DNA of 64,000 bases from NCBI GenBank assembly GCA_965214705.1, contig CBDCCI010000002.1:1792001-1856000 (forward strand), in the 5' to 3' direction. The first letter of the stretch is position 1. Every line of letters starts with the position of its first letter. Of this stretch, positions 29,858-39,191 are shown in pieces. This stretch comes from Alphaproteobacteria bacterium (GTDB lineage: Bacteria > Pseudomonadota > Alphaproteobacteria > UBA828). The position numbers and the translations under genes are program-made. The notes below the pieces were generated by a model, which saw only the letters and a list, made by a program, of their open reading frames with translations, searched no databases and was not told the origin of the DNA.

Positions 29858-31330
29858 TCACGGGCGGTTCTTGCGCGCCGCCGCGTCGAGGCCCGCGATC
29901 CGGCCGAAGACCGCGCCGCGCATCACCGAGGTGGAGCCGGTGTAGGTGCGGTAGTAGAGGCCGGCGGTCTCGCCTGCCGCGTAGAGGCCGGGGATGGTCT
30001 CGCCGTCGGTGTTGAGCACCTGGGCCGCCGGGTTGATCTTGAGGCCGCCGAAGGTGAAGCAGTTGGCGGCGATGATCGGCCAGGCGCGGTAGGGCGGCCG
30101 GTCCACGGGGCGCGCCCAGTTGGACTTGCGGGGCACGAGGCCGTCGGTGCCGAGGCCGTCGAGGGCGAGGGGGGTGAAGCCGTCCTCGGGCCGGCAAGCG
30201 GCGTTGTAGTCGCCGAGGGTGCGCGCGAGTCCTTCGCCGTCGATACCGAGGGCCTGGGCCAGCGCCGCCGGGGTCTCCGCCTCCACCGGCGGCCGGTCCG
30301 TGCGCACGGACTTCTGCCAGTTGGGCACGTCGTCGAGTCGGGCGTCGGTGATGGCGAAGGCGATGCCCTCCGTCTGCGCCATCATCCGGCGCGAGGCGGC
30401 CTCGTAGCTCGCGTCCACGGTCGCCGGCGCCTCGTCGACGAAGCGGCGGCCCTCGCGGTTTACCAAGATGCCGTAAGGATAGTTCAGCACCACGGGCTCG
30501 TGTTGGCCGGAGCGGGGGTCTACCGGCTGGGCGTGGAAGCTGCCGTAGTCGCCGCAGGGGGCGGCGCCGATCTCCAGCGCCATGCGGATGCCTTCGCCCC
30601 GGTTGTAGTAGCCGCCGCGCGCGACCGGGCGAATGAACTGGCTCTGCGGGCCGAGATAGCGGCTCAGCATCTCGGGGTTGCCCTCGAAGCCGCCGGAGGC
30701 CAGCACCACCGCACGCGCGGTGAGGCGCGTGGTGCGGTTGCGGGCGCCGGTCGCCTCGATGCCGGTGACGCGGCCCGTCTCGTCCTGGGTGAGGCGGCGC
30801 GCCGTGGTCTCGTAGTGGATGGCGATGCGGTCCGGCACGGTCTCGGCATGGGCCGCGAGCGCCTCCACCAGGGCGAGGCCGCCGCCGGCCGGCGCCATGC
30901 GGGTCGTGCTCTCGGTGATGAAGTAGTTGGGCAGGAAGTCGAACGCGACGCCGAAGCCGGTGAGCCAGCGGAGCGTGGACCCGGCGTTGTCCGCAAGCGT
31001 CGCGACCAGCTCGGGATCGACGAAGCCGAGGCCGCGCAGGAGCCTGGGCCACTCGTCGTAGGGCCTGACGCTGTCCCCGATCACGGCGGGGTCGAGGTGG
31101 CCGCCCGCGTTCTCGGCGAAGCGCTCCAGAAAATCCTCGGAGACCTCGTCGTGGCTCCGCATGCGCCAGAAGGATTCGGTGTAGCGGGTGTTGCCGCCGC
31201 GCTCCTCCCTGGGCGCGCGCTCCAGCAGCGCGACGCGGGCGCCGGCCTGCTGGGCGCTGACGGCGGCGGACAGGCCGGCGATGCCGCAGCCCACCACGAT
31301 CGCGTCGTAGCCGTCGTCCCCGCTCGCCAC
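29858..31330 (-). CDS. FAD-dependent oxidoreductase, TcuA (tricarballylate dehydrogenase)-like
   Basis: VGCGIAG, ERGGNTRYT, LASGGFEGN, FTFGGL and GLYAAGE. Confidence 0.82.
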   Translation of the reverse strand: MASGDDGYDAIVVGCGIAGLSAAVSAQQAGARVALLERAPREERGGNTRYTESFWRMRSHDEVSEDFLERFAENAGGHLDPAVIGDSVRPYDEWPRLLRGLGFVDPELVATLADNAGSTLRWLTGFGVAFDFLPNYFITESTTRMAPAGGGLALVEALAAHAETVPDRIAIHYETTARRLTQDETGRVTGIEATGARNRTTRLTARAVVLASGGFEGNPEMLSRYLGPQSQFIRPVARGGYYNRGEGIRMALEIGAAPCGDYGSFHAQPVDPRSGQHEPVVLNYPYGILVNREGRRFVDEAPATVDASYEAASRRMMAQTEGIAFAITDARLDDVPNWQKSVRTDRPPVEAETPAALAQALGIDGEGLARTLGDYNAACRPEDGFTPLALDGLGTDGLVPRKSNWARPVDRPPYRAWPIIAANCFTFGGLKINPAAQVLNTDGETIPGLYAAGETAGLYYRTYTGSTSVMRGAVFGRIAGLDAAARKNRP

Positions 31331-31420
31331 GTCCCCGCGTGTCCCATCTTGTCCCGGCGTTTGCGGCCGGGCGCCCGGCTATCTAACGTGCGCGCGCACG
31401 CACGGCAATGCGGGGGCGGG

Positions 31421-33778
31421 ATGACGGACGGTATCGGCGCGGCGGAGCGGCGGATGGAGGACGAGCGCTTCCTCACCGGGCGCGGGCGCTATCTCGACGA
31501 TCTCGCGCTGCCGCGCCAGGCTTGGGGGTGCGTGGTGCGCTCGCCCCACGCCCACGCCGAGCTGGGCGCGATCGACGCGCGCGCCGCGGCGGTGATGCCG
31601 GGGGTGCTTGCGGTCTACACCGCCGCCGATCTGGCCGAGGCCGGGATCGGGGCGATTCCCTGCGTGATGGCGCCCAAAGGTGCCGACGGCAGCGAGAGCG
31701 CGACTCCGCCCCGCCCGGTGCTCGCGGCGGGACGGGTTCGCGTGGTGGGCGATCCGGTCGCCTTCGTGGTGGCGGAGAGCACCGCCGAGGCGCAAGAGGC
31801 GGCCGAGGCGGTCACTGTCGATTACCGGCCACTGCCCGCGGTCACGGATGCCGAGGCCGCGCTGCGCGAGGACGTGCCCGAACTTCACGCCGAAGCGCCG
31901 GGCAATCTCTGCCTCGACTGGGAGCTGGGCGACCGGGCGGCGACGGAAGCGGCGCTGGCCAAAGCGGCCCACCGGGTGAGCCTGGAGAGCCTCAACCCGC
32001 GGGTCAGCGTCTGCCCCATGGAGACCCGTTCGGCGCTCGGCGCCTACGGTGCCGGCAGCGGCGTCTACACGCTGACCGCAGGCACGCAGGGCGTCCACCT
32101 GGTGCGGAGCGTCCTGGCCAAACACGTGCTGAAGGTGCCGGCGCAGCGGGTGCGCGTGGTGACGCCGGATGTGGGCGGCGCCTTCGGGGTCAAGCTCTGG
32201 GTCTATCCCGAGTACGCGCTGGTGCTGTTCGCGGCATACAAGCTGGGGCGCCCGGTCAAGTGGGTGGCGGAGCGGGGCGAGGCCATGGCGAGCGATCACC
32301 AGGGCCGGGACCTCCGTTCGCGGGCGACGCTCGCGCTGGACGCTGATGGGTATTTCTTGGCGCTTGCCATCGAGAGCGTCGCCAATCTCGGCGCCTATGC
32401 CTCCAACTATGGGCCCTCTGTCGCCACTGTGGGCGGCACCCGCGCGCTGATCGGCCCCTACCGGACGCCGGCGCTCCATGTCCGCGTGCGGGCCGCCTAC
32501 ACCAACACGGCGCCGACGGACGCCTACCGCGGTGCCGGGAGACCCGAGAACGTCTATCTGCTGGAGCGCCTGATCGACAAAGCGGCGCACGAACTCGGCC
32601 TCGATCCCGCCGCGCTGCGCCGGCACAACATGGTTGCCGCCGACGCCATGCCCTACCTCACGCCGCTGGGGCACACCTATGATTCGGGCGACTTCCCCGC
32701 GATTCTGGAGAAGGCATGCGATGCGAGCGGCTGGGACGCGGCGCGCAGGCGAGAGGCCGGAGCGGGGGAGGGGACGTGCCTGCGCGGCATCGGGATGGCC
32801 TTCTACGTCGATCCCTGCGGCGCCAACCGCAACCAGTGGGTAGCGTTGCGCTTCGACGCGGAAGGTGCTGCGACGCTGCTCATCGGCAGCCAGTCGACGG
32901 GGCAGGGGCACGAGACGGCGTATGCCCAGATCGTCGCCGATCATCTTGGCATGCCCGTGAGCCACGTGCGCGTGCGGCAGGGAGACACCGACCTCATCGC
33001 GCACGGCAGCGGCTCCAGCGGCTCGCGAAGCCTCCCCTACGGCGGCAACGCGGTGCTGCGCGCGGCGGACGAAGCGGCGGAGCGCGGGCGCGCCGTTGCC
33101 GCCGCGCTGCTGGAAGCGCGGGAGGCGGACGTGCGCTTCGAGGGCGGGCGCTACCGCATCGCCGGCACGGACCGCGCGGCGGGCTTTGCGGAGGTGGCGC
33201 GCGCCTCGTTCGACCCGGCGCTCCGACCTGAAGCGGAGACGCTCGGCCTCGACGGGGAGGTCAATCACGTAGGCCGCGCCGTGACCTTCGCCAACGGCTG
33301 CCACGTGTGCGAGGTGGAGATCGAGCGGGCCACCGGCCGGGTGCGGATCTTGCGCTACACCACCGTGGACGACTTCGGGCGGATTCTCAATCCGCTTCTG
33401 GCGGAAGGCCAGAACCACGGCGCCATCGCGCAAGGCATCGGCCAGGCATTGACCGAGCACGCGGTCTACGACGAGGCGAGCGGTCAACTCCTCGCCGGCT
33501 CGTTCATGGACTACACGCTGCCGCGCGCCGACGACCTGCCGTTCCTCGACGGGCAGTTCGCCGTGGTACCGTGCCTCACCAACCCGCTCGGCGTGAAGGG
33601 CTTGGGCGAGGCCGGCTCCATCGTGTCGCCGGCGGCGGTGATGAACGCGGTGGCCGATGCGCTTCGCGACCACGGCGGCCACGACGCGGTCGCGATGCCG
33701 GCCACACCCGAAGCGATCTGGCGCATCCTGCACGGGCAATCGCCATCCGGCCCAAAGGAAGGAACCGACCACTCATGA
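31421..33778 (+). CDS. Xanthine dehydrogenase-family molybdopterin-binding subunit (CoxL form II-like)
   Basis: RMEDERFLTG.G.Y.DD, VRSPHAHA, VGGAFG.K, AYRGAGRPE, GQGHET and KGLGEAG. Confidence 0.92.
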   Translation: MTDGIGAAERRMEDERFLTGRGRYLDDLALPRQAWGCVVRSPHAHAELGAIDARAAAVMPGVLAVYTAADLAEAGIGAIPCVMAPKGADGSESATPPRPVLAAGRVRVVGDPVAFVVAESTAEAQEAAEAVTVDYRPLPAVTDAEAALREDVPELHAEAPGNLCLDWELGDRAATEAALAKAAHRVSLESLNPRVSVCPMETRSALGAYGAGSGVYTLTAGTQGVHLVRSVLAKHVLKVPAQRVRVVTPDVGGAFGVKLWVYPEYALVLFAAYKLGRPVKWVAERGEAMASDHQGRDLRSRATLALDADGYFLALAIESVANLGAYASNYGPSVATVGGTRALIGPYRTPALHVRVRAAYTNTAPTDAYRGAGRPENVYLLERLIDKAAHELGLDPAALRRHNMVAADAMPYLTPLGHTYDSGDFPAILEKACDASGWDAARRREAGAGEGTCLRGIGMAFYVDPCGANRNQWVALRFDAEGAATLLIGSQSTGQGHETAYAQIVADHLGMPVSHVRVRQGDTDLIAHGSGSSGSRSLPYGGNAVLRAADEAAERGRAVAAALLEAREADVRFEGGRYRIAGTDRAAGFAEVARASFDPALRPEAETLGLDGEVNHVGRAVTFANGCHVCEVEIERATGRVRILRYTTVDDFGRILNPLLAEGQNHGAIAQGIGQALTEHAVYDEASGQLLAGSFMDYTLPRADDLPFLDGQFAVVPCLTNPLGVKGLGEAGSIVSPAAVMNAVADALRDHGGHDAVAMPATPEAIWRILHGQSPSGPKEGTDHS

Positions 33779-34806
33779 CGAGCTGGCGCAACCGCAAGAC
33801 CTTGATCCTCAGCCGCACCGACATGATGGGCCTGCTGGAGCCCGGCGAGTACGTCGATTGCGTCGAGACCGCGTTCCGCCGGCACGGCGAGGGGCGCTGC
33901 TACCTGGAGCCCAAGGGCCACATCGTGCTCGACAAATATCCGGGCGAGTGGGAGGTCATGCCCTCCTACATCGAGGAGCCGGCGGGCGCGGGCGTGACCG
34001 AGGCGGCAGCATGCAAGTGGGTCTCGATCCGCGAGCACAACCGCGCGAAGTTCGACTTGCCGACGGTGTTCTCGATCTTGGTCTATACCGAGCCCGAGAC
34101 CGGCTTTCCCCTCGCCATCGTGGACGGCAGCTACCACACCATGATGCGCACCGGCGCATCGGCGGCGGTCTCGATCCGCTGGCTCGCGCGCAAGGATGCG
34201 TCGGTGCTGGCGCTGGTGGGCGCGGGCGACGTGGGCATTGGCTCGCTCCGGACCTGCGCGGCGGTCCGCGAGTGGTCGGAGGTGCGCGTGTGGAGCCGCA
34301 CGCAGGCCACGCTCAATGCCTTCATGGCGAGCGAGGCGCCGCGCCATCCGGACCTCACCCTGGTGGCGTCGACCGATCTGGAGGCAGTGGTGCGGGGCGC
34401 CGATGCGGTCGTGACCACGACCACCGGCGCGGATCCCGTGGTTCGCGACGCATGGATCGCGGACGGCACGCACATCGCGGCGCTGGGCTCCGACCTCGCC
34501 GGCAACCAGGAGCTGGAGAGCGCGATTGCAGCACGGGCCCGCATCCTCGTGGACGACATCAGGCAATGCGTGCCCGACGGCGAGATCAACGTGCCGATTA
34601 CAGAGGGCGTCATCGGGCCGGACGACGTGGCCGGCGAGATCGGCGCCGTCATCTGCGGCCGGCTAGAGGGCCGGCGGGACGATGCCGAGATTACGCTCTT
34701 CGATTCGACCGGAATCGCGATCCAGGATTCGGCGACCGTCCCGCTCGAGTATCAGCGCGCGGTGGAGGCCGGAGTCGGCATCGAGAAGAAGATGATCTCG
34801 ACTTGA
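33775..34806 (+). CDS. Ornithine cyclodeaminase / mu-crystallin family protein
   Basis: RTGASAA, GAG, GSD, GR...ITLFDSTGIAIQD; ATGA overlap with the upstream gene. Confidence 0.88.
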   Translation: MTSWRNRKTLILSRTDMMGLLEPGEYVDCVETAFRRHGEGRCYLEPKGHIVLDKYPGEWEVMPSYIEEPAGAGVTEAAACKWVSIREHNRAKFDLPTVFSILVYTEPETGFPLAIVDGSYHTMMRTGASAAVSIRWLARKDASVLALVGAGDVGIGSLRTCAAVREWSEVRVWSRTQATLNAFMASEAPRHPDLTLVASTDLEAVVRGADAVVTTTTGADPVVRDAWIADGTHIAALGSDLAGNQELESAIAARARILVDDIRQCVPDGEINVPITEGVIGPDDVAGEIGAVICGRLEGRRDDAEITLFDSTGIAIQDSATVPLEYQRAVEAGVGIEKKMIST

Positions 34807-34831
34807 TCGGCGCCCTGCGATCAGCGGTCGC

Positions 34832-35596
34832 CTAGCCGTTGTCCCAGATCACCTTCGGGTAGGGCACGACCCAAGAAGCCTTGAGGTACCAGGTCTCCAA
34901 AATCTCCACCGGCGCGAGCCTGTGGAGATGCGGGTAGAGGCCGGAGCGCCCGAGCTCCAGATGGCCGGTGCCGGTCCAGATCTCGTGCAGGGCGAAGTCC
35001 TCGGGCCGGATCAGGAGCAGCTGCTTGATCGGCTTGCCGCCTTCCTCGGGGTTGGGAATCTTGCGGATCTGCAGGAAGTCGGCGTCGACTAGCTCTGCGA
35101 AGCGATCCTCGATGGCGCTGTCGGCGCGGCGGATCGGCGGCGGGCTGGTGACGTTCATGCTGAGCCGCATGAGGCATTCGCTGGCGCGGTCGCAGTGGCC
35201 GATCACCTGGCTGCCGTAGAACTTGAGCGGCGTGGTGTCGCACAGGTTGGCGGGCCAGCCGTAGATCTCGCGCTCGAAGGTGAGCGCCATGTCGTTGTCG
35301 ACCCAGATGTAGTTGATGTACCAGCCGGTCCACTCCTTGTAGCGGACCATGATGCCGGTCAGGCACTCGTGATAGAGCTCGACCGAGTGGGTCGGCTGAC
35401 CCATGTCGCCGAGCCAGGCGAGCACGAGGTTGGGCTCGACCGGCTCCAGCGGCTCCGGCACCTCGAAGGCGACCGCGGCCGGGTCGGCGCGGTAGGCCAT
35501 CATCAGGATTTTGCTGTCGGGCGTTGCGTAGAATGGCGGCTTCGTGAAGGTCGGCGCCGCGAGCGGCATCGAATAGCCTTCTTCGTGCTCCTTCAT
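34832..35596 (-). CDS. Acetoacetate decarboxylase-like superfamily protein
   Basis: YSMP, VPEPLEP, Y.E, REIYGWP and K.IP. Confidence 0.8.
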   Translation of the reverse strand: MKEHEEGYSMPLAAPTFTKPPFYATPDSKILMMAYRADPAAVAFEVPEPLEPVEPNLVLAWLGDMGQPTHSVELYHECLTGIMVRYKEWTGWYINYIWVDNDMALTFEREIYGWPANLCDTTPLKFYGSQVIGHCDRASECLMRLSMNVTSPPPIRRADSAIEDRFAELVDADFLQIRKIPNPEEGGKPIKQLLLIRPEDFALHEIWTGTGHLELGRSGLYPHLHRLAPVEILETWYLKASWVVPYPKVIWDNG

Positions 35597-35681
35597 GGTC
35601 TCCCTCTTGTCGTTGGTCGCGGTGGCGTATCGGGCGCGGCGAGTGTGGTGGCGATGGCTGGGGTGGTCAAATTGAGGCCGG

Positions 35682-36434
35682 CTAATAGGTCGCGCGGCCG
35701 CCTGACAGATCGAACACGCCGCCGGTCGAAAACGAGCAGTCCTCCGAGCAGAGCCAGGCGACCATGGCGGCGATCTCTTGTGGCAGCCCGAAGCGGCCGA
35801 GCGGAATTTTCGACTTCATCATGTCGATGTGGGTCTGGGTCATCTGGTCGAAGATGCGGGTCTCCACGGCTGCAGGCGTCACGCAGTTCACCAGCACGCC
35901 GGAGCCTGCGAGCTCCTTGCCGAGGCTCTTGGTAAGCGCGATCAGGCCGCCCTTCGCCGCGCTGTAGGCAGGCGCGTTGGGGTTGCCCTCCTTGCCGGCC
36001 ACCGAGGCGATGTTGACGATCCGCCCCCAACCAGCGTCCTTCATCAGCGGCACCACGGCGCGGCTCACCAGGAAGGGGCCGTTGAGGTCGATTTCGATCA
36101 CCCGGCGCCAGTCGTCAACGGGGTATTCCCAGGTCGGCATGTTGGGGCCGGAGATGCCCGCGTTGTTGACCAGGATGTCGATGCCACCGGAGCTGGCCAG
36201 CGTCTCGCGAAGGGCTGCCTCCACCGCATCCGGATCGGAAACATCGACTTCGATCCACCCGGCAGGGCCACCGTGGGGCCAGTCGGCCTGCGCCTTCTCC
36301 ATCGCGGCTGGGTCGAAATCCCAGACGTAGACGGCGGCGCCCGAGGCCTGCAGCCGCTGGCCGATGGCGCGCCCCAGCCCCTGGGCTGCGCCGGTCACGA
36401 TGGCGCGGCGGCCATTCAGGTCGATGCTGTTCAT
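35682..36434 (-). CDS. SDR-family oxidoreductase
   Basis: TGAAQGLG, NNAGISG, YSAAK and the C-terminal FDLSGGRATY. Confidence 0.93.
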   Translation of the reverse strand: MNSIDLNGRRAIVTGAAQGLGRAIGQRLQASGAAVYVWDFDPAAMEKAQADWPHGGPAGWIEVDVSDPDAVEAALRETLASSGGIDILVNNAGISGPNMPTWEYPVDDWRRVIEIDLNGPFLVSRAVVPLMKDAGWGRIVNIASVAGKEGNPNAPAYSAAKGGLIALTKSLGKELAGSGVLVNCVTPAAVETRIFDQMTQTHIDMMKSKIPLGRFGLPQEIAAMVAWLCSEDCSFSTGGVFDLSGGRATY

Positions 36435-36535
36435 GGAATCAGTTCCTTTGTCTGCCCGGCGTCTGTCATCGGTTGCCAGGAATGCCAGCAGAGGCACGCG
36501 AGGGCATCAAGAAGCAGGAGGCTCGCTACCGTCAC
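36431..36535 (-). pseudogene. Degenerate VapC/PIN toxin N-terminal remnant
   Basis: Overlapping the antitoxin stop, SLLLLDA is followed in another frame by LLAFLATDDRR. Together they resemble the LLLDTHxLLWxLxDDxRL start of VapC. Confidence 0.45.
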
Positions 36536-36764
36536 CGTAGAATCCTATCTCCAGCTCTTTCGGGAGTGGGGCGTCGAAGTCGTCGGCCATCCAGACTTGG
36601 CCTTCCCAGCCGCCGGGCTTGCGCGGGCGCGTCGAGGCTTCCAGCGCGACCAGGCGTGCTACCGGCCGGTTGTGCTTGGTGATGACGATCTCCTCCCCGT
36701 CGGCTGCCTCTTCGACGAGACGCGACAGAAGGGCCTTCGCTTGGCTGATGTTGACTACGCGCAT
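36507..36764 (-). CDS. Phd/YefM-family antitoxin
   Basis: VNISQAKALLSRLVEEA..GEEIVITKHNRPVARLV and DDFDAPLP. Confidence 0.9.
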   Translation of the reverse strand: MRVVNISQAKALLSRLVEEAADGEEIVITKHNRPVARLVALEASTRPRKPGGWEGQVWMADDFDAPLPKELEIGFYGDGSEPPAS

Positions 36765-36865
36765 CTGGATGACCTAAGCGCGACCATGGGCGCCGTCAAC
36801 AGCTTCCAGGTGTTCACCACTGGCTCTGGCGCCGCAGGTCGTCTCGGGCCACCATGCGGGCCACC

Positions 36866-37750
36866 ATGAACGGGATCGTCGACGCTCACCATCACATCTG
36901 GCGCCAGCGCGACCTGCCGTGGCTCATGGGCCCGATGCAGCCGCGCATCTTCGGCCCCTACGAGCCGATCCGGCGCGACTATGCCATCGAGGAGTATCTG
37001 GGCGACATCGAGGGCAGCGGCGTCGCGCAGTCGATCTATGTGCAGGCCAACTGGGCGCCCGCGCGGGCGGTCGACGAGGTGGCGTGGGTGCAGGGCGAGG
37101 CCGACCGCACCGGCTACCCTCACGCCATCGTGGGCTACGCCGACCTGCGCGACCAGGACGTCGGCGCGGTGCTCAAGGCGCAAGCCCAGTACCCGCTGCT
37201 GCGCGGCATCCGCATGCAGCTACACTGGCACGAGAACGAGCAATACCGCTTTGCCGACGGGCCTGCGGTGATGAACGACGCGGCGCTGCGCCGCAACGTC
37301 GGGCTGCTGGCCGATCACGGTTTCGTCTTCGAGCTGCAGATCTTTTCCGCGCAGATGGCGGACGGCGCCGCCTTCGCTGCGGCGTTCCCCGACGTGCCGA
37401 TGGTGCTCGCCCACTGTGGGATGCCCGAGGACCTCACGACCGAAGGCTGGCAGGCCTGGCGCGAGGGTATGGAGCGGCTCGCCGCCGTGTCCAGCGTCTC
37501 CGCCAAACTCTCGGGGCTCGGTACCTTCATCCACCGGGTCGACCAGGCCCATATCGCGCGCACGGTGCGCGAGACTGTCGATCTGTTCGGGCCGGAGCGC
37601 TGCCTCTATGGCAGCAACTTCCCCATCGAGAAGCTGTGGACCGACTACGCGAGCCTGATCGGCGCCTACCGGAAGGCGCTGGCGTACTTGAGCGAGGCGG
37701 ATCAGGCGCAGATATTCGCCGGCACCGCTCGGCGGCTTTACCGGCTGTAG
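36866..37750 (+). CDS. Amidohydrolase family protein (sugar-lactonase-like; start may be 36854)
   Basis: VDAHHHIW, RGIR, LAHCG.P, KLSG and YGSNFP. Confidence 0.88.
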   Translation: MNGIVDAHHHIWRQRDLPWLMGPMQPRIFGPYEPIRRDYAIEEYLGDIEGSGVAQSIYVQANWAPARAVDEVAWVQGEADRTGYPHAIVGYADLRDQDVGAVLKAQAQYPLLRGIRMQLHWHENEQYRFADGPAVMNDAALRRNVGLLADHGFVFELQIFSAQMADGAAFAAAFPDVPMVLAHCGMPEDLTTEGWQAWREGMERLAAVSSVSAKLSGLGTFIHRVDQAHIARTVRETVDLFGPERCLYGSNFPIEKLWTDYASLIGAYRKALAYLSEADQAQIFAGTARRLYRL

Positions 37751-37800
37751 CCGGGCGGCAACGCCGCCGGCAGGGACGAGACAGAAGGGAAGGAACGACA

Positions 37801-38205
37801 ATGGCAATCGAACGCGTGCGGACGCCCCACGTGGCCGAGCCGGCCCCCGGCCTCTGGTCCAACTGCCTGCGTTGCGGCAACCAGGTCTACATTGCGGGCC
37901 TCGTGGCGGTGGACGCGGACTTCAACGTGCTTGCGGTGGGCGATCCGGGCGAGCAGTCGCGCATCATCTTCCGCAACATCCGGCACTATCTCGAAGCCGC
38001 CGGCGGCAGCCTTGCCGACATCGTCCGGATGCGGGTGTATCTGTCGAATCTGGAGCGCGACCGCCCGGCCTTCTTGGAGGCACGGCGGGAGTTCTTCACG
38101 GGCGACTTCCCGTGCTCGACTCTGGTGGAGGTCGCAGCGCTGGTCTCGCCGGAGATGCTGGTCGAGGTGGATGCCGATGCCATCATCGGTGCCGGTGCGG
38201 CATAG
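37801..38205 (+). CDS. RidA/YjgF-family protein
   Basis: VYIAGLV, FPCSTLVEVAALV and LVEVDA; GGAAGG ribosome-binding site. Confidence 0.88.
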   Translation: MAIERVRTPHVAEPAPGLWSNCLRCGNQVYIAGLVAVDADFNVLAVGDPGEQSRIIFRNIRHYLEAAGGSLADIVRMRVYLSNLERDRPAFLEARREFFTGDFPCSTLVEVAALVSPEMLVEVDADAIIGAGAA

Positions 38206-38283
38206 CATCGGCGACACGAAGTGATAGGATCGGGCCGCCGCCGGGCGTGAGCGAGGCGCGTCGCCGCAAAGGGAGATGAGAAG

Positions 38284-39180
38284 ATGATCGAGGTCAATTC
38301 ACCGAGGCTGCTGGACCTCGTGGCCGAGGATGCCAGTGTCGACCAGATTTGCACGGGCTTTATGTTCACCGAGGGGCCGATCTGGCACCCCGGCGAGCAA
38401 TGCCTCTACTTCAGCGACATCCCGGCGGACACGCGCCGGCGCTGGAGCGCGGCGGACGGTGCCAGCGACGTGCGCCACCCCAACAACAAGGGCAACGGCA
38501 TGACGCTGGATGCCGACCTCAACCTCTACATCTGCGAGCATGTGACCAGCGTGCTGGCGCGCGAGACGCCGTCCGGCGAGCGCCAGGTGCTGGCCTCGCA
38601 TTACGACGGCAAGGAGCTGAACAGTCCCAACGACGTGGTGGTGAAGTCAGACGGCTCGGTCTACTTCTCCGATCCGTGGTACGGCCGCATGCCGGTCTTC
38701 GGCGAAGAGCGAGAGCGGGAGCTGGGCTTCCAGGCGGTCTTCCGCGTCGCGACCAACGGCGAAGTCCATTGCGAGGTCGATGACTTCGACCAACCGAACG
38801 GCCTCTGCTTCTCACCGGACGAGAGCATCCTCTACGTCAACGACACGACCCGCGCGCACATCCGGGTGTTCGACGTGGGCGAGGACGGCTCGCTCTCCAA
38901 CGGGCGCATGTTCGCCGAGAACGTCGGTGACGGTGTGCTGGAGAACGGCGTGGTCGACGGCATGAAGTGCGACGAGCACGGCAACGTCTACGTCACCGGC
39001 CCGCGCGGCTTCTGGGTTTACGCGCCGGACGGCGAGCACCTCGGCGTGATCGGAATGCCGGAGCACTCGGCCAACCTCAACTGGGGCGGCACCGGGTGGA
39101 ACGAGCTCTACTGCACCTGCTCGACCTCGGTTTATCGGATTGCGCTTAAGGTCGCCGGCAACCGCCTGGCGTACATGTAG
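38284..39180 (+). CDS. SMP-30 / gluconolactonase-family protein
   Basis: FTEGPIW, NGMT, NSPNDVV, PNGLCFSPD and DGMKCD. Confidence 0.92.
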   Translation: MIEVNSPRLLDLVAEDASVDQICTGFMFTEGPIWHPGEQCLYFSDIPADTRRRWSAADGASDVRHPNNKGNGMTLDADLNLYICEHVTSVLARETPSGERQVLASHYDGKELNSPNDVVVKSDGSVYFSDPWYGRMPVFGEERERELGFQAVFRVATNGEVHCEVDDFDQPNGLCFSPDESILYVNDTTRAHIRVFDVGEDGSLSNGRMFAENVGDGVLENGVVDGMKCDEHGNVYVTGPRGFWVYAPDGEHLGVIGMPEHSANLNWGGTGWNELYCTCSTSVYRIALKVAGNRLAYM

Positions 39181-39191
39181 GGGAGGGAGCC

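Noticed and set aside
29798-33778. 1326-aa ORF suggesting a giant fusion
   Set aside because: The first ~540 codons are the antisense shadow of the TcuA-like gene. The real molybdopterin subunit starts at 31421.
31421-33778. Aerobic CO dehydrogenase
   Set aside because: The active-site loop is AYRGAGR, not the form I AYxCSFR, and there are no coxM, coxS or accessory genes nearby.
36846-36868. GGGCCACCATG direct repeat at the amidohydrolase start
   Set aside because: A short duplication that only creates alternative start codons; no evidence it is a target-site duplication.
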